64,000 bases of DNA from Takakia lepidozioides. Its lineage: Eukaryota; Plantae; Bryophyta. A program made the position numbers and the translations under genes. The notes under the pieces were generated by a model. That model did not search any database. It was not told where the DNA came from and saw only the letters and a list, made by a program, of their open reading frames with translations. Location of the stretch: positions 69,936,001-70,000,000 of the forward strand of contig CM060733.1 in assembly GCA_030704615.1 (NCBI GenBank), read 5' to 3'. Each line of letters begins with the position of its first letter. The first letter of the stretch is position 1. Of this stretch, positions 27,183 through 40,459 are shown in pieces.

Positions 27183-28306
27183 ACTATTTTAACTAATTCT
27201 GGACTTTTGTTTGGTCCAGAAATAATACAAGATATATGAATAATTATAATCTATAATAGAAATAAAGAGATATATCTATAGTTATTTGACTATTTGTGAA
27301 CTATATATCAACGAATTATATAATCCTCCACACATTCTACGCAAAAATACAAGTATGTATTGTGGTCTTAGATGAACATCCACTGCCAAGTTGACGTTCA
27401 TTAAAAAGAATGGGAAGATGCAATGAATCAAACAATGATGAGAGCCCCGATATCTAAAATGACATACACAAACAAACATGGAACAATGGCAGAACCAAAT
27501 ATGAAACAATGATGGCATGTGATGAAGAGGACAACATGGAAAAATGAGTCTGTCAGGACCTGATTGATGATATGAAACATTCATATTTTATTTGAGATTA
27601 TATCATTCAAGGCGATGGACCAACAGAAAAATGAACATCAATTGTCCATCCGTTCATGGACTTAATGCCATACAAGCCATAGATTCTGAAGCCATAGAAC
27701 CGTTACGGCTTATACCAACTCATTAATAATAGTGAGCCTCCTCCCAAACGGCTCGCAGTCAAGGCATGTGTCCGAAGACGCCTCCGGTTACCACAACCAC
27801 TTGCAACAGTCTCTGCACCAGAGGACACGGAGATACTTTCAGGAAGGTGAAACCGGCTAACATTATCATCTGAAATGTTACTGCCAACTCTACTTGATGC
27901 CCTTGAAGCCTCCCGGCACGCCCGCCATTCTTCCCAATCACGTAGCTCTTGTTCCTCTTTTAGAATTCGTTCCTTGAATGTAACTGGGGACAAGCGATTG
28001 AAATGACAAAAGTTAGGCCCAAAATTGAAGTTTTGCATATGGATTTGTTGAGGTAAGAGTGCAAATGCAAATGCAAAAGAAAAAAATTGGAAAATTATGA
28101 ACAAACAACAGAACAGTGGGATCCACGTGCCTACCAAGGTAATCAGGTTCCTTTTGTTGTGGGATCCAAACACGAGGATCAAGATATCTTCCATACCAGG
28201 CCCAGCAGGCATGGTCTCGACCAATAGGCTTATAAGAACACTTTGTCCGGTTCTCGCTAATGTAATCAACGTCTGTTGAAGCTCCAGCCATCTCCGATAT
28301 ATATGG

Positions 28307-30161
28307 TCACACTGCTTTTGTCATATCATCCCGGTCATGCAATCCGTTTGGTGAAGGCTTGAATGAGAAAGGGAAGAATCCAGTATTTTGTGGGTTTCGC
28401 AGGCATTTTGATGGCTCATCATCTACAAGAAATATTTGCCCTTGCGTAGCAAACGGTCTACCAGGGTACCTGACAATAACACTTCGAATATCCTTCACGA
28501 GATATTTCATCCCGGGCCTGATATAACCGGTGGTATCCTTACAATCCTCAGCAGACCATATGAAGCAAAACTTCTTTGCTATTTTCGTGGGGACGAAGCT
28601 CTCCAACATCTTAGAAAGAACGCCTCTATCAGCACATGACCAAATGGCCACGTGAAAATGCTTCAATGCAAGGTCCAGAAACTCCAAGACTCCAGGCCGA
28701 GGCACCACAAACGGTCTGTCAAGAACTTGAAGTGTCACATTCCTGAAACGAAATTTCTCCTTAAACAGTTCACCGCCAGTTGGGGGTGGCCGGTAACAGA
28801 GGAGTAAAATTAACAACATCCGTTTCCTCTTCCCCGCTGTTGCATGTAAAGGATGAGAGACAAAGTTATCCTGAGCAGATTAATCACAAACTGACATTAA
28901 TGTTTCTGCCATGAAAATACCCATGACCTAGAATGATTGAGTGTATGGAAGATCAAGACGATTGTGCAGAAAATGGCAAAATCCTGCACAATGTTGTGGG
29001 CTTGGAATGTTTCAAGAGGAGGGTTAATATTGCTAAGAAGAGGAACATCGACTGCCAAGTGGAGGTTCAAGAAAGTACCTTGTACGGAGGGAAATTGATG
29101 AAGGTATCGTGCTGCATCCCTGCCTGTTGAGAAAAGATGGAGTTAATTAGTGCATAACCAAACGAACAGAAAAGAGAAGAAAGTGAAGAAATAATATCGA
29201 ATAGTACCGATGTCGCCTTATTGGAAAGTCTTGCTGGCGGGGTTGGAATCCCAACGGACGTGTTTTGACGAGACCCCGGTATGTCAGAGGTATTCCTTTT
29301 CTTCCTTGAGTCTGCTTTGTCTCTGACGAAGGACTTCTCTCCGGTGGAACCGATTTGTAGAAGAGATGGAAATGGTTTGGGGGCCCTATTCCGCTTCCTC
29401 GGTGCAGAACATTGCGCCAACACTGCAGGGTCGGGAAGCCGAGAAGTTGCAATTGAAGTTTCGTCCTTGTCCTCGTCGAAAGGGTTGCGGAGAAGGGGAA
29501 CGGAATGGAAATTGTCCCTTGAGCACTCCACATCCTGAATGGAATTCACACGTAACGAAGGGATTACCTCGGAACAGATTTCCAATGAAGACGTCGTTTG
29601 ACAGGAAGGTCACAATCCGCAGATTTTGGCCTGGGTGGAGTAAAACAAGAACATCAGACCCAGTACTAAGGAAAACAAAAGGACGAGTTAGAATTCAGAT
29701 ATAAGTAATTTTACCTGACTCTTTCTGATTTGGGCTGTCCAACCTTCGTGCTGGGGAGAGAAGGAGGGAAGAGAGGCAACAGTGTGTTGCGGAGCCGCAA
29801 CCTCAGCCGCGTCCTCAATGGATGACATTCTCAAGGTAGATTTCAGACCCTTGACACTTAACATGGAGGGTGAAGATTGTAGAGTGAGGTCCACGAAATC
29901 CCCTGCACATTTGTCAAGTTGGCTTCCATCTTCGACATTCAATCCTAAACAATCTTGTGATAGAACATCCTTTTCAGGAATGGACTGAAGAAGAGGGTCG
30001 TGCAATTGAAGGGAAGCCAAGTGCCTGGATGATGCTTCACCGTCGATGACAGAAATCTCAACAGTAGTGTGAATGTCGTCCCTCTGTCGACGAATTTCTG
30101 ATATGGAGGATTCCAATGGAGGTCCTTACAAGAAGTTGGTATCAGCAGCATCTCCACAAAC
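28307..30161 (-). pseudogene. Multi-exon gene ending in an FCP1/SCP (NIF, HAD-fold) phosphatase-like domain lacking DxDxT
   Basis: RPGVLEFL...FHVAIWSCA...FIWSAEDC...LVKDIRSV...LVDDEPSKCLRNP. Intron 28871-29078 joins the upstream exon in frame. The motif I position reads MLLILLLCYR. Confidence 0.75.
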
Positions 30162-30468
30162 CTGCAAAAACGAACTAACAAGGTCAATGTACAGACACAG
30201 GATAACCTCCACTGCACATTGGAGGTTGTCGGATTTGAAAAAACCCCCGAGACGAGTTTCGGAGAAGGCCTGTATCTCAGAGGATCGGGATGGTATAGGG
30301 TGGAGAAACGCATGGATGAGACTAGGAGATATGAAACAATTCAATGTCAATTCAGATTGAAAAAAAAATCACAGTAGACAACAGTTTTTATAGAAAAACA
30401 ATACAACCTATAGAAAAACCAATCAAAAATATACATTGAATCACAGACGTGATTGATTAATAAAATCT

Positions 30469-31200
30469 TTATTTTGAAGCATCATATCGGAGATTCCCGT
30501 AATTAGAATCATCAACATAATCCAAGAGAGGCTTAAACTTGGGATCGGTGGAAACATTCTGACAAGGCTTAAGTCCTATCATCTTTTCGCTAAGATAACT
30601 GGAAACGGTGGGAGATTTCTTCATTTCAAACAAATATTTCTGGAGAACCTTCTGGAGATTGCAAGAGTCCGTCTCAACGGATTCAAACGATTTTAGAATC
30701 AGACAGGATTCAGGCGGGTTCAACACACACTTAATAGCATAATCGTCAATGAGTAGAGTGTTACTCATGTTGTACAGACCATCAAATCTTTGCCAGACCG
30801 TCATCAATGGCTTCAAGAACAGATTCGGTGGGTCGTATCCTAATATAAATTGAGGGTGGACAGAAGTAGAACATGAGATACAATCTTCTTGAGACATAAC
30901 GAATGTCGGCTGAGGAAGACCCCAAAGCATAAAGTCCAGGACAGGCTGCAAGTTCTTGTACATCATGCAGCTCCATATACCTAAACGGAAATGTTTGTTC
31001 AACTCTGTCCACATCTCACGATATTTTTCCCGCCTATATACAAGTCGAAATCCAACAAGAGCTGATATCCTGTAGTCTGTCTCGGACATTTGGGGGACAT
31101 TGTAGCTCTTCTGGTGCTTCAAGACTTTGCACAAAACTTCATTCAGGTAAAAAATTATCAAGCGCAATCCTTTCGCAACTGGAGAAACTGGTGCTGCAAT
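30469..31200 (-). CDS. Exon encoding a second FCP1/SCP-like domain with degenerate motif I
   Basis: LIIFYLNEVL...FRLGIWSC...FVMSQEDC...FLKPLMTVW...NTLLIDDYAIKCVLNP. AG acceptor at 31201-31202. Confidence 0.75.
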   Translation of the reverse strand: MAAPVSPVAKGLRLIIFYLNEVLCKVLKHQKSYNVPQMSETDYRISALVGFRLVYRREKYREMWTELNKHFRLGIWSCMMYKNLQPVLDFMLWGLPQPTFVMSQEDCISCSTSVHPQFILGYDPPNLFLKPLMTVWQRFDGLYNMSNTLLIDDYAIKCVLNPPESCLILKSFESVETDSCNLQKVLQKYLFEMKKSPTVSSYLSEKMIGLKPCQNVSTDPKFKPLLDYVDDSNYGNLRYDASK

Positions 31201-32244
31201 CTGTGAGAAATTCATACATCCACTTAGGTGGTAATCAAGATAAACCAAGGACAGGATTGACATTGGGAGCAACGTCCACTGGATAGTCGAGGTTCAGGAA
31301 AATATACAGCAGCCATCTATGTTTCAATCTGTTCCAAGGAAGCGTCAGGAAATTTTTGTTTTATAAGATAAATCTGCCACTGCAAATCCCATAGCAAGAG
31401 GCATTTGACCTTTGGGTCATTATACGGTCGACATCCTATGGGTTTTTCCACGTTGAATATATCAGCGTCTTTTTCGGATAAACCGTAACTCTTCCAGATG
31501 CGGTTTGAGTTCATCCAGAAGAAACTTGTCCTTGTATGGGTCGATGAGCGCTTTATATTTTCAAATGCCTCCTCCACTGTATTATGGGGTAACATATCCA
31601 CTTTCTTTTGCAACTCTGGTCTTAGTCCATCTCGGATGTAAACCTCACCAAGGTAACCGATGTCAAGAACCAGGACGTAGTATCTTGGTCGAGATCATTT
31701 CGGTCCCTCAGAGAGGCGATATCAATCCTGTGGGTTCACAGATTTGTGATAGTCGATTGGAGGGTGAATCATATCATCCTGTGGAATAACAGAACAATTA
31801 ATTTATTATGAAAACTAGAAGAAGGAAAAAGAAGAACATAGCTAAGATGGTTATGAAGTGTGTACCCGTTTCGGGGAGGGATTCCGAATTTGCTGTTGTG
31901 GCTGCTCGCTCTTTTTTCCTTCGCGCTGAGCAACGACCATATCCGACTCATCTCCTGTTTGAGTCGCGATGGATTTTGTCCGGGTTTGTGTGATTTCCTC
32001 CAATTTCCGTTCATGAATCTATACGAGTTTTTGTAACGGTCAGTCACATGTAATGTTGAAGAAGGTGGGAAATATCAAGATACAGATTAGATATTGGCAA
32101 AAACACAACCAGAACACAACCAGATGCAATACACACAATTTGTTCCATTTAAAATACTTAAAGACACCATAAATCTCCAGGTGTCATTCGTTACCTACAT
32201 CCAAATTGACATGTTGGGAGACACTTTGAGAGTAAGTTGGGCTC

Positions 32245-32430
32245 TGAGTTCGGCCTCTGCCTCCGTTGTTTTTTCCGGGAGACGGGCTTTTAGTCCTGGC
32301 TCTGTCACCACTGTCCCGTTTTGCGGGAGACGGGCTCTTAGTCCTCGCTCTGTGTCCGCTGTCTTTTGTGGGACACGGGCTCTTTGTCCTCGCTCTCTCT
32401 ACCCTCTCTTTTGCGGGAGTCGGGGACATT
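32245..32430 (-). repeat. Coding minisatellite, 3-4 x RARTKSPxPxK
   Basis: About 39-42-bp units within ORF 32184-32582. Confidence 0.8.
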
Positions 32431-33249
32431 GGCGTCGGCTCGTCCCCTTCTACAGGTTTGAACCAGCCTTCTGCACTCCCAACAATATTGTCGTCCACCT
32501 CGATTGAGCTCGCCTCCGCACCCCTTGAGGGTGACGCAGGATTAATCTTTAGTTCTCTCGCTTGAACTCGACGAATCCCCATCCAGAATCACGACCTTGT
32601 GGATCGCAACGTCTTGCGTGATGTTCTCAAGACCATCCAGTGTCTAAGTTCTGAAGTCCTGAATCACATCTAGGTGTCCAGCCTCCCAACGGTCTGCATT
32701 TCTGAGGGTGTTACAAAAGTCTTCAGTGGAGATGGCTATGAGTGCAATCTGAATGCCCGAAGGTTCTCTCCTCTTTTGCCACATAGTCACAGCAAATGGA
32801 TGAGGACTACATGGAGGACCATGACACACCTTCTCCAGTTCCATTAGAGTCTGTGAGGCATCGCCTGTGACATGTGCAGAGTGGGACTGTCACCGCATAA
32901 GAGAAAGTACCAGGCTGGAAATGAGTGTAGCATTTTGTGAAGAAGTATTGGCCCAAGAGACAAGGAAGTAGTCAGTCCCTTGGGCAGGTATATCAAGGTT
33001 CTTTATGAAGTCCAATATTGCTTTTCCATCTCAGTATCTATTTTCAAAGGAGGGGATTTTATGGAATGATGGGTGTGCAGGATTTTTTGCATTAAGCTGA
33101 CATTCTTTTCAAACTTGACATTAATTGCAAGGAGTCCATGTTGATCAGCTTGGGACCTTCAAAAAAGAAATGTGAAGTTGAGACATGAGCTACATTGATT
33201 TCCTACTTTTCAAGGTGCAATTGGCCTTCAATTCATTAATGGCCGATAG

Positions 33250-33410
33250 TTGACTTGAGTAAAATTCATAGGTTTCACATCAAATGTAAATCCAGCAAGG
33301 ATATCAATGTTGTTGTGAGAGCTACAAATGAGTGAATGGACTTGAATAGTGATATTTAAGCGCCATATTCGTGCTTGGAACGAGGTCAATCAAGCACGTA
33401 CAGAGATGGT
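33250..33410 (-). mobile_element. Possible very decayed retroelement aspartic protease remnant
   Basis: CLIDLVPSTNM resembles LID(L/T)G(A/S)STN. Support is weak. Confidence 0.25.
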
Positions 33411-35098
33411 GTGAGTATGTTTCAAGCCATCACTTCCATGTGAAAAAATTACTTAAAATGATATGTGTTGCACTGTCACTTACTTCGTGTTGTAGTAATT
33501 TGCATTGTTAAGACATGAAATTCGTAGAGATGAAGTTAAGCAAGATTTTGGCACGGAAGTGGTATCCCAACACTATGTATTAAAATTGACACGTAATCCA
33601 TGTCGTAATAGAGCAAACGTAATTAGTGTCATTTTCATGTCATCAAAGTAACGTATATCACATGGATGATTTGTTTGACGACATTCGTGCCATAATCGTT
33701 AGATATTCGTGGCCTGGCAAATTTGAGATGAACCCACCTCTACCTTGAGTAAGCCGGCCTCATGCTTGAAGTGGTAGGGCGCCTGGAAGCAGAAAAGGTG
33801 AGAGATCCGTAAACTCCAGCAATTCATCCATTTTCGTGGAACAAAACCAAACGTCGGATGTCAGACGTCACGTCCAAACGTGGATTGAAAGCCTTGGCTC
33901 TTTGGTGCAGAATTTGGCTTTACATTTAAATGTTGGACTGAGCTGGTGGAAGCTGGTAGCCTAGCTTCTTGTGACAGGCCCCTAGCCAGCTTTCTTTCGT
34001 AATCCTTTCGGCACCAAATATACATGGGTGGAGGGATGGTGTTTTTCTGTAATAGTTCCTCATTGGTTGTTTCGTCCACCCAGCCTGGATATAAGTAGAA
34101 TGACTTCACAACACAACACATCGGCCGTCATGTCTAAACGTGCGTGGAGGTTTCTGGAGGAACAATCAACACAACCAGCTTTGGCCGTGGAACCGACCAA
34201 TGCGCACATGCTCAGGTAGGATGGTAGAGAGAAGCACAACATCCGACGGTTTGTAGGGGCTAAAACAGGCACATGACACATTTATGTTGGTACACGGAGT
34301 TCCTGAAATGTGCCATTGGGATGCACCTCGACAGCTACAAGGTGGAAGCCCAGGTGGTGGGATCATCTAGATTACCCTTACTTCGAACCTAGTGGTCATG
34401 GGATCTTCATGCAAACCAAGAGGCGAGGGTCACTGGAGCCATGGTGCTATTGGAGATGATGATGACCGCCATCATTTTGCGATAAGTGTGGCTCTCAACG
34501 AATTATGTTATATTTATGTGAGTAGGCCTGGGGAACATGACCCCTATATCTTTGGCTTTGACTTTCCTGGAAGAGGCTTAGGAGCTGTATTATGTGAATT
34601 ACGAGTATGTGGAAAGTGGACGTGGACGATACAAACGCACATTGCTTTTGCGATGAGTATGACTCTCAACGAGTTATGTTATATTTATGAGGAGATTCTT
34701 GTCTTGCCGTGTTTGAAGATACAAGGAAAGCCTTCCGCCGACTGTTGATGACATCTTTGACATCATGAAATTCAATGGGTACAGCAAGCCCACTTTCAAT
34801 TTGGAGCCTATTTCCAACTCTGTTGGGCAGTAGGAGGCTGGTGTGGCACTGCAAACTATAGGCCTGGTGAACGTGACCCCTATATCTTTGCAACCTCCAG
34901 TATGGCAGTCGCTTAATATTTTAAAATATTTTTTAAAAAAACGACCATCAATTGTGCGGTCATTTTTTTATTTTTTAAATAAAACTATGAAGCGGCCGCT
35001 ATGTCGGTAGTTTGGCGGTCGCTTTATTTTATTTATATTTTTAAAAGGAGCGCCATTCGCCGATGATGGTCGCTGGCATTTTCTAAAATACAAAAAAC

Positions 35099-35300
35099 AA
35101 CCGACCGACCGACCGACCGACCGACGTGCATATGCTCAGGTGGGATGGTAGAGAGAAGCACAACATCCGAAGATTTTGCTTTGTAGAAAGCTTTGGCCTT
35201 ATTTCAAAATCAACATCAAATCAAACATCAAGTCATCAAATCATCAAATCATATCAAATCATCAATTCATCGATTCATGAAATCATGAAATCAAAAATCA
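35099..35300. repeat. (CCGA)n microsatellite followed by an ATCAAATC-type minisatellite
   Basis: About 6 CCGA units at 35099-35124 and repeated AAATCATC units at 35205-35300. Confidence 0.8.
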
Positions 35301-37692
35301 CATATGTTGTTCAAGCTCAACTTTTGCCCGCATGTGCTTGAATATGTCAGCAACACATGTGCAGAGATTCAACCCAAAAAATAAATAAATAATAAAACAA
35401 TTACCTCCCCAACGACGCACTCGCTCCTCAACCAATTTTGAATTAAATCGAATTTTAATGAATTCTAAATACATAATTGGATTTAGAATGACCATGATTG
35501 CGGTTTTTTGCTACATAATGATTTTGTTTTTGGCTCAATTTTGTTTTGTGAATGCAAACCCCACACTATACATCCATGCAAAAATTCGGACCAATTTTTA
35601 TTTTATTTTATTTTAAGTTTTCTTGGGTCACTATTGCATAACTCTTTATGAAGAGTGTATGAAGTTGAATTCCAAATCAACTTTGAAGTGCAAATGAGGG
35701 CAAAAAATATGGTTTTGGGTGCCGGATGTACCCCTTTGACATTAGATCTTTGAGCTGAGTCTTCAGCTCGACCAACTCTCTGTGGCTCAACCGGTAGGGC
35801 GCCTTGGCAAGCGGTTCCGATCCCGGTATCACCTCAATCTTGTGGTCAACTCTTCTTCGCGGTGGCAAGCCGCTTGGTAAATCCTCCGGCATCACATCCT
35901 GGTATCTCTCCAAAATCCCTTTGATCCAATCTGGGCTCGGCTCCCCATCGCCTTCTCCCTTCACTTCTCTAATGTAAAGCAAAAACTGGGGCTCATGTGC
36001 CTCCTCCACGGCCCACTCCCTTGCTGACAGAAGGTTTATTCGCCCTCCCACGGGTTTGGGCGTTTCCAATACTCGTAAGACTTCGCCACCATCCCCACAT
36101 GGTAGCGTGACTACTCTTTTGCGGCCATTTATGACCGCTCCGGATTTGCTCAAAAAGGTCATCCCCAAAATGAGATCCACTCCATCGATCTCGCAAATGG
36201 TGAAGTTCTCACGTCCTTCCCATTTCCCCAGTTGAAGAGGGACATCGAACGCCAACCTCGTCGCCAATTGCGGTTCTCCTTTGGCAGAACGCACCTCAAT
36301 AGAGGCCCCCACGTCACTTGTCGAGAGTCCCAGCTTTTGTGCCGTTGCCGGTGTCATGAAGGAGTGCGACACTCCTGTGTCCACCAACAATGACACGTTA
36401 GTTCCGGATATTATCCCATCCACGAACAAAAACTGACTCCCTTTACGTAAGGCGCCAGTTTCCTGATACAACTCATAAGAAAATTTGCCTACCTTGCAAG
36501 TCCTGGCGACCACCGCTTCCACCAAGCGACTGATGGTATCTTCCGACAGCTCTGTGGTCGCCCGAGTCATGTTCAATTGCCGGGGCTTCGTGCACTTCTT
36601 GGCCATGTGCCCGGGCTCCCCGCAATTGAAACACACTCCATCAAAGGTCGCCTTCTGTCCGCCATAGGCCGCTCCACCCGCTTTTCTTTTTGAAGCACTG
36701 GGTGCCGCCTTGACTTGTGAAGGCCATCCCTTCGATTTCCACGTGCCATTGTCGCCGCGTGGCCTATCCCACTTCTTTTCCGGTCGGAAGGCGTCACCTT
36801 CCCGCCGGGTCTTCTTGTGGTTCAGCTCCGTACGGCCTAGTCTTTCACCCCTAGGGACATCCGAGAAATATTCAGCCCTCTCAATTGCCTCGTTCAAAGT
36901 CTTAGGTGGCTTCTCCTCCAACTTCCGCCTAGCCCATGGGGCCAGTCCCGCCACAAAGTTGAAGACCATTTCTGGTTCTGCCATGTCCGCGACTTCGAGC
37001 AACAGCACATTGAAAGCCTGGACATATCCCCGAATGTCATCTGTTTGCTTCAAATTCCTCATCTTGTCCCGGGCAAGCCAGGACGCGTTGAGGGGCACAA
37101 ACTGCCTTTTCATCAATTCCTTGAACCCACTCCAATTCAAGGTTTCCGGGCTTGGACCTCGATCGTGAAGGCGTTTCTCTGCCACCATTGTTGAGCATAG
37201 CCCCTCAAATAGGTGGGAGCCACTTCCACCCGGTCCTCGTCACTCAACTTGGCCGCCCGGAAGTACTGCTCTAGCTCCAGGAGCCAGGTGTTGAGTGCCT
37301 TCCGATTTTGGACGCCCTCGAAGGTGCCGGGTTCCTTAGGCTTCACCTTAAATTTTGCCTTAGTGGAAGTGGCATTAGCCGCCTTCAACATGTTTCAACG
37401 TCCCGCCAAATTGCGCCAACAACCCTTCCCAAAAGGCTGCCGGCATGGGAGGCATCTGTTGGTCGGTCGGAGCTCTCACGGATTCCTCGGGCTCCGACTC
37501 CTCAGATTCCTCCTGCTCTTGAGCGGCCTCATTTTCGGAGTCATGCATCGCTTCCTCAAACGGCCGCCTCGGTGACACGTCGCCCCATCGGGCTCACCAG
37601 GATCATCATCTTTGGGCCGTTCCGCTTTTGCTTTGGCTTGCCCGACCCCATGATGAGGCCAATCCCAAGGACGATCACGTACTGAACTCTAA

Positions 37693-37704
37693 GCTTTGAT
37701 ACCA
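37693..37704 (-). promoter_or_regulatory. Primer-binding site for initiator tRNA-Met
   Basis: TGGTATCAAAGC, one mismatch to the canonical TGGTATCAGAGC. Confidence 0.9.
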
Positions 37705-37706
37705 AG

Positions 37707-38420
37707 TGTCGCGCACCTCACTTCGGTAAGCTCCCCTTCAGGTCATAGTTGCTAGCTTGATGCGCGCCTAACTCCCAACCTGGCCGCCGGACCAACTTGG
37801 AGCTTCGGCTGCTCACCGGGGCATAACGGTCCCCCTTTGAACTCCCAAAGAACCCTCCACCGATTTGGAACCAGCGGGAATTCCCTTTGGTAGTTGGCAG
37901 TCCGGAACAGCTCCCCACTCTTTGGTCGCTTTCCGGCTCGCTCGCTTACTCACTAGTTTTTGGTCACCAACGGGCTTGCACCGTTCTCGGGGTTACTACT
38001 CCCTATATATACTTCTGTAGCTGTCCGCGGGGGTTTCACAACCAGCCATGCCATTTTATGGCGAACCACCACGAAAATCCTCGACTCCCGGTGATGAGTC
38101 GCGGTGAGTCTTGGCCCACTCACCACGGCCCCTATGGACCGTGATGAGTCCCAAGACTCCCCACGACTCCCACCACAAGGTCTCCGCCCCCATGGTGAGT
38201 CCTATGCCACCCCCACTAAGTCCCGCTAAGCTACCACCACCCCTTGTGGAGCCACCCCCACCGCACCCGGTGTGCGGGGCTCCCCTAGTGAGCGCCTCCG
38301 CCTCCTTGAGTGCCTTGGACACTCAAGGGTGCTTCAGCCCCCCATACCTATCGCTGCCGCTGCCCCACCACAGGGGCAGCCCCTCATGTGTCCCTGCCCT
38401 CAAGGCAAAGGGCCGCGACA
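37707..38420 (-). repeat. 5' LTR (714 bp) of the chromovirus-like element
   Basis: Termini TGTCGCG...CGCGACA (7-bp inverted repeat), 2 nt from the PBS. Confidence 0.9.
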
Positions 38421-38829
38421 ATTAAATACAAATAACTAGCTTTATTCTAGTTGTTTTCACACTGCGCTTATTTAACTTGACAGCTGTCGTGCGCATACGT
38501 ATCGCTACACAACTACATCGCTGTCCAAACCACACCACACATATATGCACAATAAAGTAGTCTGCCACAATCGCCCCTCTAGCTGGCGGGTAGGTCCCTC
38601 TACCTCCAGATAGCTACAAGATGTAATAGCCACAGCCGTACTAAGTCCTCTATCACTGTCCCTATTGCACTCAAACTCTATAGACCAAGAGGCCGGGTAC
38701 AAGAGTAGCCCCATCGTTAGTCGTTGTCTTGCAATCTGTGAACTTGAGCCAGGACCTCGTGTGTTCAAGGTCTCCTAGTAGTTGGGCCTTGCGTTTCTTG
38801 TTAGCCTTCCATGGTTGTATCCACTCCCA

Positions 38830-38973
38830 CTATCCAATGCAATGTGGACATAACCAATCCCCATCCGGAACCATCTCAAGAGGTGGAGTCAAGCATCCCA
38901 TATGCCAACCTCTAGAGCATGGATCACACACCAGCATGGTGGCTGCCCCTCTAGCAGACCCACACAACATGCA
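38830..38973 (-). other. PHD finger at the polyprotein C-terminus (not in the ORF track)
   Basis: Manual translation gives CMLCGSARGAATMLVCDPCSRGWHMGCLTPPLEMVPDGDWLCPHCIG* (C4HC3 with the conserved Trp), in frame with ORF 39037-39249 across one TGA. Confidence 0.93.
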
Positions 38974-39039
38974 CCTCAAACCTGCAGATACCACTGCCAA
39001 GTTTGGGTCTATCCTGCCATCAACATTCGGAAGGTGTCA

Positions 39040-40200
39040 TGGCGCACAATTACGCACATGGTCCTTCCAAGTTATGCCATCCCGACCCTCCAAGACCAAG
39101 ACGCTTGAGGGCAAGACCTCTCGAACCCTCAAAATAACACGTCCTGCAGTCACATCCAAGGTCGTAGGAGCAGTCTGCTGCAGATAGACGTAGTCACCAG
39201 GGTTGAATCCGAACCCCAGGACGATAGCCCCCACCACGTATGGTAGCATACCTCAATGTATCACGGGTTGTGCAATGGCAAGGTTCTCAAAAGCCATTGG
39301 CATGACTTTCTTGAACAACTCTGCACGTTGCTCACATGCACGTGCCCACACATCCGGACGTCAAGGTTAAGAACTGTAGCAGCTTCTCTGCGAATGGATG
39401 TAGGCAAATCCGGCTCTCGGCCAAAGAAAAGAAAGTATGGTGAGAAGGAGGCAAGTGATGCTTGCTTGAACCTGTAGCCCATGGCTAGCCAGGGTAACTG
39501 AAGGTCCCAATCTCCTAGGTGTCCCTTCTACAAGCCGTACTTGCGCAAACCCCTCTTTACTGTTTGAACAACTCTCTCTGCCAAGCCATCGGCCTTAGGA
39601 TGATCCCGAGAAGTGGTGTGGTGGTCTATCAAGGCCTTGTCACACAAACCTGAAACTCCCCCAAGAACTCTCTCCCTTGGTCCGTGAGTACCTCAGCTGG
39701 AGCACCGAATCGGCTAAGCACACAATCCAAGAATGCATATGCAGCTCCCTCACTAGCCTTATCAGGCAATGGAACCAATTCAATCCACTTGAGAAGTGCT
39801 CCACCATCACCAACACGTACTTGTTGTGGCGCATGGTCAGTGGCAACGGCCCTGCGAAGTCAAGACCACCTGTAGCCCAATCCCATGATCAGAAGAGGGT
39901 GCAATTGTGGAGTAGGGGCATTGAATGAAGCACGCACCCTGTTATACACCATGCACCTAGCCACAAATTGTTGCACCTCTGTGTGCATACCACGCCACCA
40001 ATACTGCCCCTGCAGTAGACTATGAGTGTGTTGCACCCCAAAATGCCCCAACTCCTCATGGGCATGCCGCACTAACCGTGCCCGCTGTGTTGGGTGAGGC
40101 ACAATCCTCACTCGACCATCCTCCCACACTCGGAGCAGGTGTGTCCCCTCCCACTTGAACCTCTTGGCTCGTTGTAGGATCCAATCCCTCTCCTTGGCAG
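39040..40200 (-). pseudogene. Gypsy integrase
   Basis: HAHEELGHFG...YWWRGM...CMV; YVLVMVEHFS; downstream core broken by frameshifts. Confidence 0.9.
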
Positions 40201-40459
40201 TCACAGTGGCTGCAGTGTCTCCAGTGCGGAGTAGTCCAACACAACTGAATCCTCATGTATATCTTTGGCGCCACCTTGCTCATTGCTGGCCTCAGGGTCC
40301 TCAGACACTTGATCTATAGTCATCCCTGTTGCATGTCCAACCTGGCCTTCCGCTTCCAAGATACACAGAAATGCAGATGCATGCCATCCGGGCACCATCT
40401 CCTCGTCCGTCTCACCATGCCACCGAGCTCCAGTGTCATCCTGCTGGCTCGTGCATGGA

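Larger units (their letters stand above)
35720..38420 (-). mobile_element. 3'-truncated Ty3/Gypsy (chromovirus-like) element: LTR, PBS, gag, zinc knuckle, protease, start of RT
   Basis: gag KPKEPGTFEG...WLLELEQYF; CFNCGEPGHMAKKC; LLVDTGVSHSF; LPSGLPPRRRVDHKIEVIPG...APYRLS...GYIR. Frameshifts in gag. Confidence 0.95.
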
